DNA of 64,000 nucleotides from Nitrospirota bacterium (GTDB taxonomy: Bacteria > Nitrospirota > Nitrospiria > Nitrospirales > NS-4): NCBI GenBank assembly GCA_963788195.1, contig CAWBGA010000001.1, positions 160,001 through 224,000 of the forward strand, written 5' to 3'. Below, piece after piece: positions 1 to 11,395 of the stretch. Under the pieces are notes generated by a model. That model made no database searches. It was not told where the DNA came from and was given only the letters and a program-made list of their open reading frames with translations. The translations under genes were made by a program, and so were the position numbers. The stretch's first letter is position 1, and every line of letters starts with the position of its first letter.

Positions 1-1026
1 AAGCTTTCGTCGGTTGGCCTGCTGGGCCTTGCCCCAGCTCCTGACCTCTTCGAGAAGAGACCAATCGGTAAGCATCAGATATGCGTCCATCTTTTTACTC
101 GGATCTTCAGGAAACACGAGCTTCATGGTTTCACCGAAGATTTCGCGCAGATGTATATCGATTGCCCGCGTTGTGCGGTGATAATAGACATTGGAATAGA
201 GGTACATGCGGGTGTTCAGGAACATCTGGAGCGCCGGTAAGCCCGTCTTATGGATGGTAAAACCGTGTTCGCTGATCAGGGTGTAATAAATCAGGCGCGT
301 GAGATCGACGGGTCCGACGGCGACTCCGCACATATAAGAGTCGCGTAACACGTAGTCTAGATTATCGCCGGTATAGCTTCCGGAAATCACCGGTTGCAGA
401 AAAGTCAGCCAGCGCGGCATGCGCGAACTGTCCTTGCCCTTATCCTTGAGAATTAAGTGCGCGACCTGATCGGGGTCCAACTCCTCGCCGCTCTCAAACG
501 GCCCCGACGGACTCCGGCGAATGCCGCGGATGGCTGGCGCGAGGTGCTCACGCACAATGATCTGCCCTAACTTTTCATGGGTGAGGTGAAACTGCTCGAG
601 AAAGTTTTCGTCAAAGAAGTGGCAAAACGGGCCGTGGCCTATATCATGGACGAGCGCCGTGACGCGGAGCAGTTCTTCGATATAGTTGGCAGATGGAACG
701 TCCTGTGCGGCTTTCTGCAAAAAGGGATACAGGTGGCGGGCAAACCGCCCGGCGACATGCATCGCTCCTAAAGAGTGCACGAAACGACTATGCTCCGCGG
801 AGGGATAGACCCAGCGTGCGCTCTGCAACTGAAAAATGTAACGGAGGCGTTGCATCCACGCAGAGTCAATCAGATCTTTCTCCGTAGTTTCGACAGAACC
901 GGCTATCTCGGCTCCCTCCGGGGACACGGAAAATGGCGCCGTGAACGTGATGTATTCATGAATGGGGTCGGCGATGAGCGCCAGGCCGTCGTAATGCAAT
1001 TTACTGAAGGCGAGTGGGATTTTCAC
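1..1026 (-). CDS. HD-domain phosphohydrolase, SAMHD1/dNTP triphosphohydrolase-like (3' end runs off the window)
   Basis: Not in the ORF track; hand translation from GTG at 1026 gives MKIPLAF...ADPIHEYI...MQRLRYIFQL...HSRFVHSLGAMH...ALVHDIGHGPFCH...DNLDYVLRD...VYYHRTTRA, the canonical motifs of this family. Open to base 1. Confidence 0.9.
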   Translation of the reverse strand, partial: MKIPLAFSKLHYDGLALIADPIHEYITFTAPFSVSPEGAEIAGSVETTEKDLIDSAWMQRLRYIFQLQSARWVYPSAEHSRFVHSLGAMHVAGRFARHLYPFLQKAAQDVPSANYIEELLRVTALVHDIGHGPFCHFFDENFLEQFHLTHEKLGQIIVREHLAPAIRGIRRSPSGPFESGEELDPDQVAHLILKDKGKDSSRMPRWLTFLQPVISGSYTGDNLDYVLRDSYMCGVAVGPVDLTRLIYYTLISEHGFTIHKTGLPALQMFLNTRMYLYSNVYYHRTTRAIDIHLREIFGETMKLVFPEDPSKKMDAYLMLTDWSLLEEVRSWGKAQQANRRKL

Positions 1027-1035
1027 ACTTCTGAA

Positions 1036-1064
1036 ATCCTAACACGCGAACCCGGCACGCGCAA
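1036..1064 (-). promoter_or_regulatory. Putative sigma70 promoter of the HD gene
   Basis: Minus strand reads TTGCGC-17 bp-TAGGAT with a TGn extended -10, 9 nt upstream of the GTG start. Confidence 0.55.
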
Positions 1065-1069
1065 GCACG

Positions 1070-1558
1070 CTACTTGCTCTCGTCTCGGAGAGAAGCGGCA
1101 AGAGCAGCGCTCAGCCGTCGCTGAGTTTCATGATATCGCCGCAGGCCGAACAAGACCAGCGGATACGCTATCAGCGAGCAGACAATTCCGAGCACCGTGG
1201 CCCCGACGACAAAGGGAAAGAAGTAGGGCTTGAATTGCTGCCAAAGAATGGGAATGTTGAAATAGTTCCAATCCAATGTGGGCGGGTCGCCGATCGGCAC
1301 GAGCGTGAGCCCCACCCACATGGTGCTTGCGAGGATCGGCACGACGGTCCACGGGTTGTTGATGAACGATCCGGCTAACATCGCGACGACATTGAGCCGA
1401 AACGCCCAGGCGCAGAGCAAGACGCTGAGGGTGTGCAGCCCATACGTCGGGGAGAAGGCGATAAAGACGCCGATTGCAAATGCCAGGGCCGTGCGGTGGG
1501 GAGAATCCCCAAGATGAAGAATCTGCCGTGCGGTCTTTTTGATTCGCGACCAGGTCAT
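1070..1558 (-). CDS. DUF2062 family membrane protein
   Basis: SPHRTALAFAIGVFIAFSPTYGLHT...NNPWT motifs; hydrophobic helices. Confidence 0.85.
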   Translation of the reverse strand: MTWSRIKKTARQILHLGDSPHRTALAFAIGVFIAFSPTYGLHTLSVLLCAWAFRLNVVAMLAGSFINNPWTVVPILASTMWVGLTLVPIGDPPTLDWNYFNIPILWQQFKPYFFPFVVGATVLGIVCSLIAYPLVLFGLRRYHETQRRLSAALAASLRDESK

Positions 1559-2602
1559 GGCCGCCGGCCGTTCTTGGCGATCAGATGCTCATAGCCGTGA
1601 GCTTGGAGGGGACGGCACTTTCCATCGACGCGAGATGACCCGCAAGCCTTGCCGTGACGCTGTGATGCGCCCGATGGATGTCGCGCACAGTTGTCCACGC
1701 CGAATGACCCTTTCGACCTGCGCCACCTTTTCCATCGGCACCGTGAATAATAGCTCATAGTCTTCACCGCCGGTCACTGCGTATTGTAACGGGTCTTTCC
1801 GACGGGCGCGCGAATAGGCCAGAAGAGACTGTGACACCGGCAGCCGCCGAAGATCGACAACCGCACCGACTCTGCTCTCCGTGCAAAGTCGCCGTAGATC
1901 ACCAGCAAGACCATCAGAGAGGTCGATGGCTGCGTTCGCCATGCGAGCCGCTGCGAGTATTCGACTTTCAACTAACCGGGCCGTCGGCCGAATATGCCGT
2001 GTCACGAGCGTGTCACGATCACGATTCATGATCTTTGGGGCCGCGGTTGTTCGATCTTGTAAGATCTCCCGGCCTGCGTATGAGTCCCCCAGCGTTCCCG
2101 TCACGTATAGGGCGTCTCCCTTGCGTGCGCCGGAGCGTGTCAGCACGGAGGCCGGTTTGGCCTCTCCTAGAACGGTGAGGCAGACAAATAGGCCGGTGCG
2201 AGAAGCAGAGGTATCGCCTCCGATCACCATGGTCTTGGCTATGGTGCAGGCCTCCTGGATGCCGTAGTAGAGGTTTTTAGCGTCCCGCGCGGTGGCCTTC
2301 GGACCGAGCGCGACGGCGACAAGGGCATACCGCGGTGTGGCCCCCATGGCTGCCATATCGCTCAGGTTTGCAACCGCCGCACGATATCCCACCTGCCGGT
2401 AGGTCATGTAGGCTAAATCGAAGTGAATCCCCTCTGCCAGCAGATCGGTCGTGGCGAGAAGAAGATGGCCCGGCTGTACTTTGACAACGGCCGCATCATC
2501 ACCGATTCCGGCAATGATTGAGGAAGCCATGCCGGGAACCATCGGCGTCGTCTCTCTTAGATGCCGGATGAATTCGAACTCGGTGATGAAGTGAGGGGGC
2601 AT
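1555..2602 (-). CDS. thiL: Thiamine-monophosphate kinase (apparent +1 frameshift near 1625)
   Basis: EFEFI, GIGDDAA, NLSDMAAMG, IGGDT, DLSDGL and GGEDYELLF motifs. The terminal GYEHL motif lies in another frame that ends at 1555 with an ATGA overlap to DUF2062. Confidence 0.93.
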
Positions 2603-2672
2603 GCCTACGCGGGTGATCGCCCGGCGCGCCCCGAATCTTTCGGTAGGTTCGACGCCTCCGGGGCGCGAAACA

Positions 2673-5138
2673 TCAACGCACGGTGCCGGCGATAGCCGCC
2701 ACGGGACGCCGCACTGGCGGTCGCTTCAACAGCTTGGCAGACTTTGAGACGCCGACGGCTTTGTCGGTGTTTTCCTTGGGCTCGCGGTTTCGCAGCGCCG
2801 CGCGCAGCACTTCCTCCATGGTATCCGCAAACACAAATGTCATCCCCTGCAAGAGATGTTTAGGAATGTCCGTCAAGTCTTTCCGATTCCGATCCGGCAT
2901 GATCACGGTATAGATGCCGACGCGCTTGGCTGCCAGGATCTTTTCCTTCAAGCCGCCGATCTGCAGCACTCGGCCACGCAACGTGACCTCCCCAGTCATT
3001 GCGATATCGTGGCGCAATGGCGTGTTCGTAAAGGCCGAGGCGAGGGCCGAGGCCATGGTAATGCCCGCCGACGGGCCGTCCTTTGGAATGGCGCCGGCGG
3101 GCACGTGAATATGAATGTCTTGCCGAGCGAAGGAGTCCGGGTTGATCTTCAACTGCGCCGCGCGCGATCGGATATAGCTGAGCGCGGCATGGGCCGATTC
3201 CTTCATGACATCCCCGAGGTGGCCGGTGAGGGTGAGGACCCCTTTGCCTTTCATGAGGGTCGCTTCGATATGGATGATGTCCCCACCGCATTCGGTCCAC
3301 GCGAGGCCCTTGGCGACGCCGATCAAATCCTTTTTTTCTTCTCCTTCATTCTCATGCTTTGGGACACCGAGGTATTTGGGGATGAGAGCAGGGGTGATGG
3401 CATAGGGTCCCTCCTTCCCCTCGGCAATCTTTTTCACGACCTTGCGCATGACATTCGCGATCTCGCGCTCGAGGTTCCGTACCCCCGCTTCACGGGTATA
3501 CTCGGCAATCACACGTTCGATCGCCGGATCGGTGAACTTGATATGCTTATCGCTGATTCCATGTTCCTCGAGTTGGCGGGGGATCAGGAATTTCCTGGCA
3601 ATCCCAAGCTTCTCCTCCTGCGAATAGCCGGGGATTTCGATGACCTCCATACGATCACGCAGCGCTGAGAGGATTGGATCTTTCAGATTCGCCGTCGTCA
3701 CAAACATCACATCCGACAAATCAAACGGCACGCCGAGGTAGTGATCGCTGAAAGCGCCGTTTTGCTCGGGATCGAGCACCTCCAGTAGCGCCGCTGAAGG
3801 ATCCCCGCGAAAATCGGCCCCGACCTTGTCGACCTCGTCCATCATAAACACCGGATTGTTGGACCCGGCCTGCTTGATCCCCTGGATGATGCGTCCGGGG
3901 AGCGCTCCGACATAGGTGCGGCGATGGCCGCGGATCTCCGCTTCATCACGGACGCCCCCCAAGGAAATGCGCACGAACTCCCGACCCAAAGCCCGGGCGA
4001 TCGATTTTCCCAGCGAGGTCTTTCCCACGCCAGGGGGGCCGACGAAACATAAGATGGGACCCTTCATTCGCTCCTTCATTTTGCGGACAGCCAAGTACTC
4101 CAGAATGCGCTCCTTCACCTTCTCCAAGTCATAATGGTCTTCGTCAAGAACCTTCGCGGCGCTCTTGATATCCAGCTTATCGGTGGTTTTTTTGCTCCAG
4201 GGCAATTCCACCATCCATTCTAAATATGTGCGGACAGTGGCGGCTTCAGCGGTATCCGGATGCATCTTCTCCAGGCGCTTGAGCTGCTTTTCTGTTTCTT
4301 TCAAGACCTTCTCCGGCATCTTCGCTTCGTTGATGCCTCGCCGAAATTCCGCCACCTCTTCAGCGCGCTCGTCAAGTTCGCCGAGCTCCTTTTGAATGGC
4401 CTTCAGCTGTTCGCGCAGGAAATACTCCCGTTGCGTCTTGTCCATCTCGCCCTTGGCCTCGGCCTGAATCTTCTGCTGCATCGAAAGCACTTCGATTTCT
4501 GCTGCGATGAGCTCGCTCACCCGGCGGAGACGCACCACCGGATCATGCAATTCCAGAATCTCCTGAGTGGCATCAACCTTCAGCCCCAGATTCGAGACCG
4601 CCATGTCGGCCAGCCGCCCCGGGTCCTGAAGATTTTCAATGACGACCATCACGTCGGGCATCAGGATTTTGCCGAGACTGACCAGGCGCTCCAGCTGCTC
4701 TTTGACCGTCCGCAGGAGCGCTTCACCCTCGAGAGAGCTCAGCGGTTTCCCTTCGGGCAGGGTTTGAAGGCGTACTTCAAAGTAAGGATTCGTCTGCACG
4801 AACTCAAGAATGCGGGCCTTCGCCAGTCCCTGGACCAGAATTTTGATCCGATCATCAGGGAGTTTCAGCATACGCATGACCATTCCTACCGTGCCGACGG
4901 TGTGAATGTCTTGCTGGGTGGGGCTTTCGACTTCCAGTGATCGCTGAGCTGCGAGCATAATGATGCGTTTACCCGCCAAGGCAGCTTCAATTGCCTTAAT
5001 CGACATGTCCCGGCCTACAAATAACGGCAGAACCATGTAGGGGAACATTACGATATCCCGAATGGGGAGCAGCGGGAGCCGTTCGGGAATTTCCACCTGA
5101 GACGGCTCAAGTGGCGCCTGTGGTGTCGGATCGGTCAT
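2673..5138 (-). CDS. lon: ATP-dependent Lon protease
   Basis: LON N-domain ([13 protein letters not shown]), Walker [22 protein letters not shown], catalytic KDGPSAG and IGGLKEK. Confidence 0.98.
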   Translation of the reverse strand: MTDPTPQAPLEPSQVEIPERLPLLPIRDIVMFPYMVLPLFVGRDMSIKAIEAALAGKRIIMLAAQRSLEVESPTQQDIHTVGTVGMVMRMLKLPDDRIKILVQGLAKARILEFVQTNPYFEVRLQTLPEGKPLSSLEGEALLRTVKEQLERLVSLGKILMPDVMVVIENLQDPGRLADMAVSNLGLKVDATQEILELHDPVVRLRRVSELIAAEIEVLSMQQKIQAEAKGEMDKTQREYFLREQLKAIQKELGELDERAEEVAEFRRGINEAKMPEKVLKETEKQLKRLEKMHPDTAEAATVRTYLEWMVELPWSKKTTDKLDIKSAAKVLDEDHYDLEKVKERILEYLAVRKMKERMKGPILCFVGPPGVGKTSLGKSIARALGREFVRISLGGVRDEAEIRGHRRTYVGALPGRIIQGIKQAGSNNPVFMMDEVDKVGADFRGDPSAALLEVLDPEQNGAFSDHYLGVPFDLSDVMFVTTANLKDPILSALRDRMEVIEIPGYSQEEKLGIARKFLIPRQLEEHGISDKHIKFTDPAIERVIAEYTREAGVRNLEREIANVMRKVVKKIAEGKEGPYAITPALIPKYLGVPKHENEGEEKKDLIGVAKGLAWTECGGDIIHIEATLMKGKGVLTLTGHLGDVMKESAHAALSYIRSRAAQLKINPDSFARQDIHIHVPAGAIPKDGPSAGITMASALASAFTNTPLRHDIAMTGEVTLRGRVLQIGGLKEKILAAKRVGIYTVIMPDRNRKDLTDIPKHLLQGMTFVFADTMEEVLRAALRNREPKENTDKAVGVSKSAKLLKRPPVRRPVAAIAGTVR

Positions 5139-5151
5139 GGGGGCTCTTTCG

Positions 5152-6024
5152 TTAGAGGCTCAATTGCTTCAGATACTGAGCGAATCGCTCTCCGAATTCC
5201 GGGTTCTTCAAGCCGAACTGCACGGTGGCCTTCAAGAAACCGTACTTATCCCCGGCGTCAAAGCGGTCTCCCTTAATCATACACGCATACATGGGCGTCT
5301 GTTTAGCAACCATTCGGAGAGCGTCAGTCAACTGGACCTCTTGGTTCTTCCCCGGGGGGGTCTTTTCAAGAGCGGGAAAGATGTCCGGAGTGAGGACGTA
5401 GCGGCCGATCACCGCCAACCGGGAAGGGGCCTCGGCGGGTCGTGGCTTCTCAATCAGATCGACGATTTGAAAGACGCCATCCTCAATGGGTTTTGAAGCG
5501 ATGATTCCGTAACTCGAGACCTCATGTGGTTCGACTTCTTGCACCCCGATAATGGGGGCCTGAAACCGCTCGTACAGCTCAATCAACTGTGAAATCGCCG
5601 GCACGTCGGAGGTTATGATTTCATCCCCTAACATCACTGCAAATGGCTCGGGGCCGATCAAATGCCGGGCGCATAGAATTGCGTCGCCGAGGCCGCGCAT
5701 ATGTCGTTGGCGAACATAACAAAAATTAGCCAGTTCCGAGATTTGCCTGATTTCCTGTAACAAGGCTGTCTTGTTCGCCTGCTTCAACATGTCTTCCAGT
5801 TCATAGGAAACATCAAAGTGGTCTTCAATGGCGCGTTTCCCGCGTCCGGTGACCACAATGACATTGCGAATCTCAGCGGCCGCGAGCTCTTCCACGATGT
5901 ACTGGATAAGAGGCTTGTCCACCAGGGGCAGCATTTCTTTCGGACAAGCCTTGGTGGCGGGTAAAAAGCGAGTCCCATGCCCTGCGGCCGGGATTACCGC
6001 CTTCGTAACGCTCAACGACGACAT
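5152..6024 (-). CDS. galU: UTP-glucose-1-phosphate uridylyltransferase
   Basis: KAVIPAAGHGTRFLPATKACPKEMLPLVDKP, EVQLTDAL, RFDAGDK. Confidence 0.96.
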   Translation of the reverse strand: MSSLSVTKAVIPAAGHGTRFLPATKACPKEMLPLVDKPLIQYIVEELAAAEIRNVIVVTGRGKRAIEDHFDVSYELEDMLKQANKTALLQEIRQISELANFCYVRQRHMRGLGDAILCARHLIGPEPFAVMLGDEIITSDVPAISQLIELYERFQAPIIGVQEVEPHEVSSYGIIASKPIEDGVFQIVDLIEKPRPAEAPSRLAVIGRYVLTPDIFPALEKTPPGKNQEVQLTDALRMVAKQTPMYACMIKGDRFDAGDKYGFLKATVQFGLKNPEFGERFAQYLKQLSL

Positions 6025-6096
6025 GGTCTAGAGAATATGACGGAGCTGCCCCTTCAAAGTCAAGGTAACCGCGACGCGGATCCGTGCCTTTTTCGC

Positions 6097-6125
6097 TTTA
6101 CTTCCTAGGGGTCGATCTGTACAAT
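6097..6125 (+). promoter_or_regulatory. Putative sigma70 promoter of the bamA-lpx operon, divergent from galU
   Basis: TTTACT(6097-6102)-17 bp-TACAAT(6120-6125). Confidence 0.55.
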
Positions 6126-6212
6126 TTCTCCATTTTTACGGCCTCTTTTGTGAAGCTTTCGGATCTGCGCCGGAGGCGGAAATGCAGTGGGTTAGGGGAG
6201 CAGGAACGGTTG

Positions 6213-8586
6213 GTGCATTTTCCGACCCCAGCAACTCCCGCGCGAGGCACACGCAGTGTTTTTCTCCCAAAGTTTTGCGTAATTATACTTGCTTTGTCCG
6301 TCAGCCTTTTGGAGGCCGCGGCGCCGGCCCATGTATGGGCTGAAGAGCCCGCGCCGCTGATTACATCCATTCGAATTCAAGGCAATAAGCGCATAGAAAC
6401 TCCGGCGATCCGGGGCCGCATTTCCTTAAAGGAAGGAAGTAGGTTTTCGGCGGAAACGATTCGCGACCAAATCCGCTCGGTCTACCAGATGGGTTTCTTC
6501 GAAGATGTCCGCGTCGAGACAGAAACAGTCCCCGGAGGCGTCGCCGTGGTGTTTGTCGTAGCCGAGAAACCGTTCATTACAAGTATTCTGTTCGACGGGA
6601 ATGAGAACCTGAAAGATGAAAAGCTCAAAGAGAAACTGACCGTCCGCAACCAGTCATTTTTGGATCAACAACAGGTCAAGGACAGCGTTGAGAAACTGCG
6701 AGCGCTGTATGAAGAGGAGGGTTATTACAGCGCGCGTATCATCCCCGTGATCAAGACTCTGGACACCGACAAAAAAACGCTGACCTTTTTCATTCAGGAA
6801 GGCCCTCGAGCACGCATCAAGACCGTCGGGTTCGACGGCGCCAAATCGATTCCGGTCAAGAAATTGGCAAAACCGTTGTTCACCCGGAAGTACAGGTTTC
6901 TCTTTTCCTGGTTCGACGACTCCGGGATCTATAAGAAAGAAGAGCTTTCCAACGACGTTGAGCGAATCAGGCTGGTCTACCTCGACGAAGGCTACTTGAA
7001 TGCGCAGGTGGGCGCACCCACCGTTGAACTGAGCCCTGATAAGAAGTGGTTCACGATCCGGTTTCCAATCGTGGAAGGCCCGCAGTTCACACTCGACAAG
7101 ACTGACTATAAAGGACACACTTTATTCCCCGAGGCCGAACTGAGAGCCGAGAGCAAGCTGCGCGCGGGATCCATCATTCGTATGGCAGAGGTCCGTGATG
7201 AGGTGACGCGTATCACCGATCTCTATGGCGTCAAGGGGTACGCCTTTGCCGAAGTGAACCCTGATGTCCGTCCCGATCAAGAGACGAAGACCGCGGCCGT
7301 CATCTTTGACATCAAAGAAGGGGCGCTCATTCGCGTGAGAAACATCAACATCTCCGGAAACGACAAGACGCGCGACAAAGTCATCCGCCGAGAGTTGCGT
7401 CTCAATGAAGCCGAGCTTATTGATACCAGCGCGCTTAAACGCAGCTTTCAACGCTTGAACAATCTCAACTATTTCGAGACCGTGGAGATCATTCCGAAGC
7501 AGCTCGATCCCAATACCGTCGATCTCGATGTCAAGGTGAAGGAGAAGTCCACGGGCACGTTCAGCATTGGTGGCGGGTTCAGCTCGCTGGATCAACTCTC
7601 CGTGGTCGCAGACATCACCGAAGGCAATCTCTTCGGCCGCGGACAGTTGTTAAAGATCCGTGGGCAACTCGGACAACGTCGTTCATTGGGCGTGGTCACG
7701 TTCCGCGAGCCGTATCTGTTTGATCGGCCGTACTCGGGACAGATCGACCTCTACGCGAGAGAGACGTTTTTTGTCAGTTATTTTGAAAAGCGCGTCGGCG
7801 GTGACGTGGTCCTCGGTAAATGGTTTTCAGAATACCTAAGCGGCAGTGTCAGTCTGCTCCGTGAGGAATTGACGATCTCCAACTCCTCAGAGAACAACCT
7901 CTTTCTCGGGGGAGGCGGCACAGACACCACCCCGGTCACCGACCTGCCGATTCTTGTCCAACAGCAGCTCGGCACCTCGACGACTGATGCCATAGTCCTG
8001 GGCTTGGCGCGGGACACGCGGGACTTTCATTTTGATCCCAAGAGCGGTGCACGGCATGGGATCACCGCAGAATTCGCGGGGAGCTTCTTGGGCGGAGACA
8101 ACTACTTTTACAAGCTCATTGGCGACAGCGCGTGGTACTTCCCCATGTTTGGAGATACGGTGTTGGCGCCACGCGCGAGAGTTGGCGTGGCCAAAAGCTA
8201 TCGCGCCAATGATCCCCTGCCGGTAGGCGAACGGTTTTTTGTCGGTGGGATTCAGACGGTTCGCGGCTTCAGCTTTGGTAAAGCCGGTCCGGTCGATGCC
8301 AGCACCCAAGACATTCTCGGCGCGCAGAAACAGCTCATCTTTAACCTCGACTTTTATGTTCCCGCTGGTGCCGGAGGTCAAGGTCAAAGGCGTGGTGTTC
8401 TTTGACTACGGGAAGGGATTCGACGACGGAGAGCCGCTCAGCCTGAACCTGCGTCCGGCGGCCGGCGCAGGAATTCGCTGGATCTCTCCCTTCGGCCCAT
8501 TGCGATTGGAATACGGCATCAATCTCGATCGAAAGACCAACGAGCGCTCCGGGCTGTTTGAGTTTTCAGTCGGCTCGCTCTTCTAA
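6213..8586 (+). CDS. bamA: Outer membrane protein assembly factor BamA (apparent +1 frameshift at TTTT 8352-8355; start approximate)
   Basis: POTRA repeats (GNKRIET, GNDKTRDKVIRRE) and VRGF motif. C-terminal GIRWISPFGPLRLEYG...FSVGSLF is in ORF 8239..8586; removing one T joins them (DFMFPLVPEVKVKG). Confidence 0.95.
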
Positions 8587-8623
8587 AGGGTCGGTGAGGT
8601 TTTCTAGGGAAAGGGGCAGAAGC

Positions 8624-9160
8624 ATGAAGAATCTGTGCAGAATGGCGGTTATTGCCGCTATACTAGTATTGGCATGGAGCGGAGCGCTGTCCGCAGCGGA
8701 GCTCAAGATCGGGGTGCTCGAACCCCAAAAGGTTTTGGACGGCACAAAGAGCGGAAAAAAAATCAAGGATTCTCTGCAGGAATATCTGAAGAGCCGGCAA
8801 AGAATCATCGATCTGGAAGAAGAAGAACTGAAGAAGATGGAAGAAGATTTGGTCAAGCAAAGCGCGGTGCTGAGCCCGGAAGCGAAGAAAGACAAAGAGG
8901 AGACTTTTCGCAAGCGCTATATGGAATATCAGCGCAAGGTCAACCAGCTCACCCAGGAGGTTCAGAGCAAGAAAAAAGAAGTGCTCGAGGAGTTCAACAA
9001 GAGCCTGGAGCACATCGTCAAAGGGATCGCAGACAAAGACAGGCTCACCCTTGTCGTAGAAAAAGGCGACAATGGCGCGGGGGCTCTTGTCGTCTATAGC
9101 CATCCGTCCCTCGATATTACCGACCGCGTCATTAAAGAGCTCGACAAGGGGGCGAGGTGA
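8624..9160 (+). CDS. skp: OmpH/Skp periplasmic chaperone
   Basis: Signal peptide, KIGV, coiled coil, DITDRVIKEL end; directly follows bamA. Confidence 0.92.
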   Translation: MKNLCRMAVIAAILVLAWSGALSAAELKIGVLEPQKVLDGTKSGKKIKDSLQEYLKSRQRIIDLEEEELKKMEEDLVKQSAVLSPEAKKDKEETFRKRYMEYQRKVNQLTQEVQSKKKEVLEEFNKSLEHIVKGIADKDRLTLVVEKGDNGAGALVVYSHPSLDITDRVIKELDKGAR

Positions 9161-9648
9161 GCCAGGAAACTACCCAAGGCACGCGCATGGATAACATGGA
9201 GATCCAGTCGATTCTGCCGCACCGGTACCCGTTCTTACTGGTCGACAGAGTCGAAGATTTGGAGGTCGGAAAGCGCGTGGTCGGGCTGAAGAGCGTCACG
9301 ATCAATGAGCCCTTCTTCCAGGGGCACTTCCCTGGGCGGCCGATTATGCCCGGCGTCCTCATTATCGAAGCCATGGCGCAGGTAGGAGGGATTCTCGCGT
9401 TTAAGTCCGCGAAGCCTCCCAAGGAAGGCACCACGAATCTCGTCTATTTCATGGGCATCGACAAAGCCAAGTTTCGAAAGCCGGTTGAGCCCGGCGACCA
9501 GCTCCGCTTTGTGGTCGAAGTGTTGCGGGCGCGCTATCCGTACTGGAAGATGCGTGGCGAGGCCTATGTCGATAAGGCGCTCGTGTGCGAAGCCGAATTG
9601 ATGGCCATGATTACCGACGGGACTTCCATGCCAGAGGGCGAACCATGA
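9157..9648 (+). CDS. fabZ: 3-hydroxyacyl-ACP dehydratase
   Basis: LPHRYPFLLVDR, FFQGHFPGRPIMPGVLIIEAMAQ. Confidence 0.97.
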   Translation: MSQETTQGTRMDNMEIQSILPHRYPFLLVDRVEDLEVGKRVVGLKSVTINEPFFQGHFPGRPIMPGVLIIEAMAQVGGILAFKSAKPPKEGTTNLVYFMGIDKAKFRKPVEPGDQLRFVVEVLRARYPYWKMRGEAYVDKALVCEAELMAMITDGTSMPEGEP

Positions 9649-10451
9649 CCACCAAATTGCATCCCACGGCTGTGATACATGGGAAGGCCGAACTTGCCGA
9701 CGGGGTCACCGTCGGGCCCTACAGCATCATTGGTGAGCATGTTCGGATCGGACGCCGGACCCGCATCGAAGGGCACGTCGTCATTGAAGGTTGGACGGAG
9801 ATCGGGGAGGACTGTCAGGTCCATTCGTTTGTCTCGATCGGCGCCCCGCCCCAACATCTCCAGTATAAAGGCGAAAAAACGTTTGTGCGCATCGGCAATA
9901 ATAATATTCTTCGAGAATACGTCACTGTCAACCGGGGAACCACCTTCGGCGGTGGCGTCACGAGTCTGGAGCATCACAATGTATTGATGGCCTACGTGCA
10001 TATCGCTCACGATTGCCACCTGGGCAGCCACGTGGTGATGGCCAACGCGGCTTCCCTGGCGGGACACATCACGATTGGTGATCACGCCATCGTGGGCGGG
10101 CTTTCGGGCGTTCATCAGTACGTGCGGCTCGGAGCATACAGCATGGTGGGCGGATGCTCCGCGTTGGGGCAGGATGTGCCGCCGTTCATGCGGGCAGCCG
10201 GCGGCTATCGCGCGCGCCTGTTCGGTGTGAACACCATAGGGCTCAAACGCCTCGGGGTCTCCGATGACCGCATCCGTTTATTGAAGCGGGTGTATCGCGC
10301 CTTATTTCGATCGGACCTCCGCTTTGCCGACGCTGTCAAGCAGGTACGTGATGAATTTGATGATTCCCGTGATGTCCGCGAGCTCCTGGCGTTTATTGAC
10401 GGAACCAAGCGCGGCATCTGCAAGGGAATGGATGAGCGCGAGGGTGAGTGA
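9645..10451 (+). CDS. lpxA: Acyl-ACP--UDP-GlcNAc (or UDP-GlcNAc3N) acyltransferase
   Basis: Hexapeptide repeats, REYVTVNRGT, MAYVHIAHDC, VHQYVRLG. Confidence 0.96.
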   Translation: MTTKLHPTAVIHGKAELADGVTVGPYSIIGEHVRIGRRTRIEGHVVIEGWTEIGEDCQVHSFVSIGAPPQHLQYKGEKTFVRIGNNNILREYVTVNRGTTFGGGVTSLEHHNVLMAYVHIAHDCHLGSHVVMANAASLAGHITIGDHAIVGGLSGVHQYVRLGAYSMVGGCSALGQDVPPFMRAAGGYRARLFGVNTIGLKRLGVSDDRIRLLKRVYRALFRSDLRFADAVKQVRDEFDDSRDVRELLAFIDGTKRGICKGMDEREGE

Positions 10452-11395
10452 CTGGCGTGCCGCCGGTAGGGCCGTTGCAAGCCGGGCCGCCGGCGACTAG
10501 CGGGCCGATAACGGCGGGGGAATGGATCGGCCTGATCGCCGGAAACGGGAGCTTTCCCGCGCTGTTTGCGGACAATGTGCGCCGGTTGGGCTACCGCGTG
10601 TCCGCCGTGGCATTGACCGGCGAAACCGAAGCGGCGTTGGAAGGACACGTCGACCGGATTCATTGGATTTCCCTGGGCCAGCTCGGGAAGTTGATCAAAG
10701 CCTTCAAGCAGGACGGCGTACACCAGGCCGTCATGCTCGGCGGCGTCAGTAAGACGCATCTGTTCACCAAGGTGCGCTTCGACTTTCGTGCCCTCGCCCT
10801 CGCTCGCCGGCTCGACGTCCGAAAGGACGACGTCATCTTGCGTGCTCTCGCTGCCGAATTGGAAGGGGAAGGCATTAGCATCCGGGAGCCGATGTTCGGG
10901 TTGAAGGGGTTAACGATGGAAGAAGGGACCGCTGTCTCGGCGCGTACCGACCAAGAGCGAGTGGCGCGACATCCAGTTTGGCTGGGAGATGGCCGAGGCA
11001 GTCGGCCACTTGGATATCGGCCAGTGCATCGTGGTGAAGGACGGTGTCGTCGTGGCCGTGGAAGCCGTGGAGGGTACTGATCAGGCCATTCTACGCGGAG
11101 GCGCTCTGGCTCGGGGAGGGCGCGGTCGTCGTGAAGCGATTCAAACTCCAACAGGACTCCCGGTTTGATCTGCCTTCCATCGGACCTGGGACAATTGAGG
11201 TCATGGCGCAATGCGGCGCCTCGGTGTTGGCGGTTGAAGCCGGAAAAGCCCTGTTTTTGGACAGGGCCGCAAGCCCTTGCCGCGGCGGACAAGGCCGGGA
11301 TTGCGGTTGTCGGGGTGACAGTCCTCCAGCATAAAAGCTTAGCTGGTACAGTAAACCTTGGGGATACTCATGCACCAAGTGCGGATAGGAGTTGA
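10448..11395 (+). CDS. lpxI: UDP-2,3-diacylglucosamine diphosphatase LpxI (three apparent +1 frameshifts near 10931, 11115, 11265)
   Basis: IGLIAGNGSFP N-terminus. Frame repair restores DIGQCIVVKDG, AVEAVEGTD, QDSRFDLPSIG and AADKAGIAVVG. End approximate. Confidence 0.88.

Noticed and set aside
577..1233. Plus-strand ORFs over 577-1233 and the many long antisense ORFs elsewhere (for example 2856..3668, 26788..27687, 42049..42888)
   Set aside because: They are shadows of well-supported genes on the other strand or frame in GC-rich DNA and carry no motifs.
2625..2667. CGCGCCCCG/CGGGGCGCG inverted repeat between lon and thiL as a terminator
   Set aside because: The loop is long and there is no U-tract on the coding (minus) strand; at most an mRNA-stabilising stem.
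6084..6212. bamA start at 6084
   Set aside because: It would overlap the candidate promoter (6097-6125) and give an implausibly long N-region; TTG/GTG at 6210/6213 has purine-rich sequence upstream.
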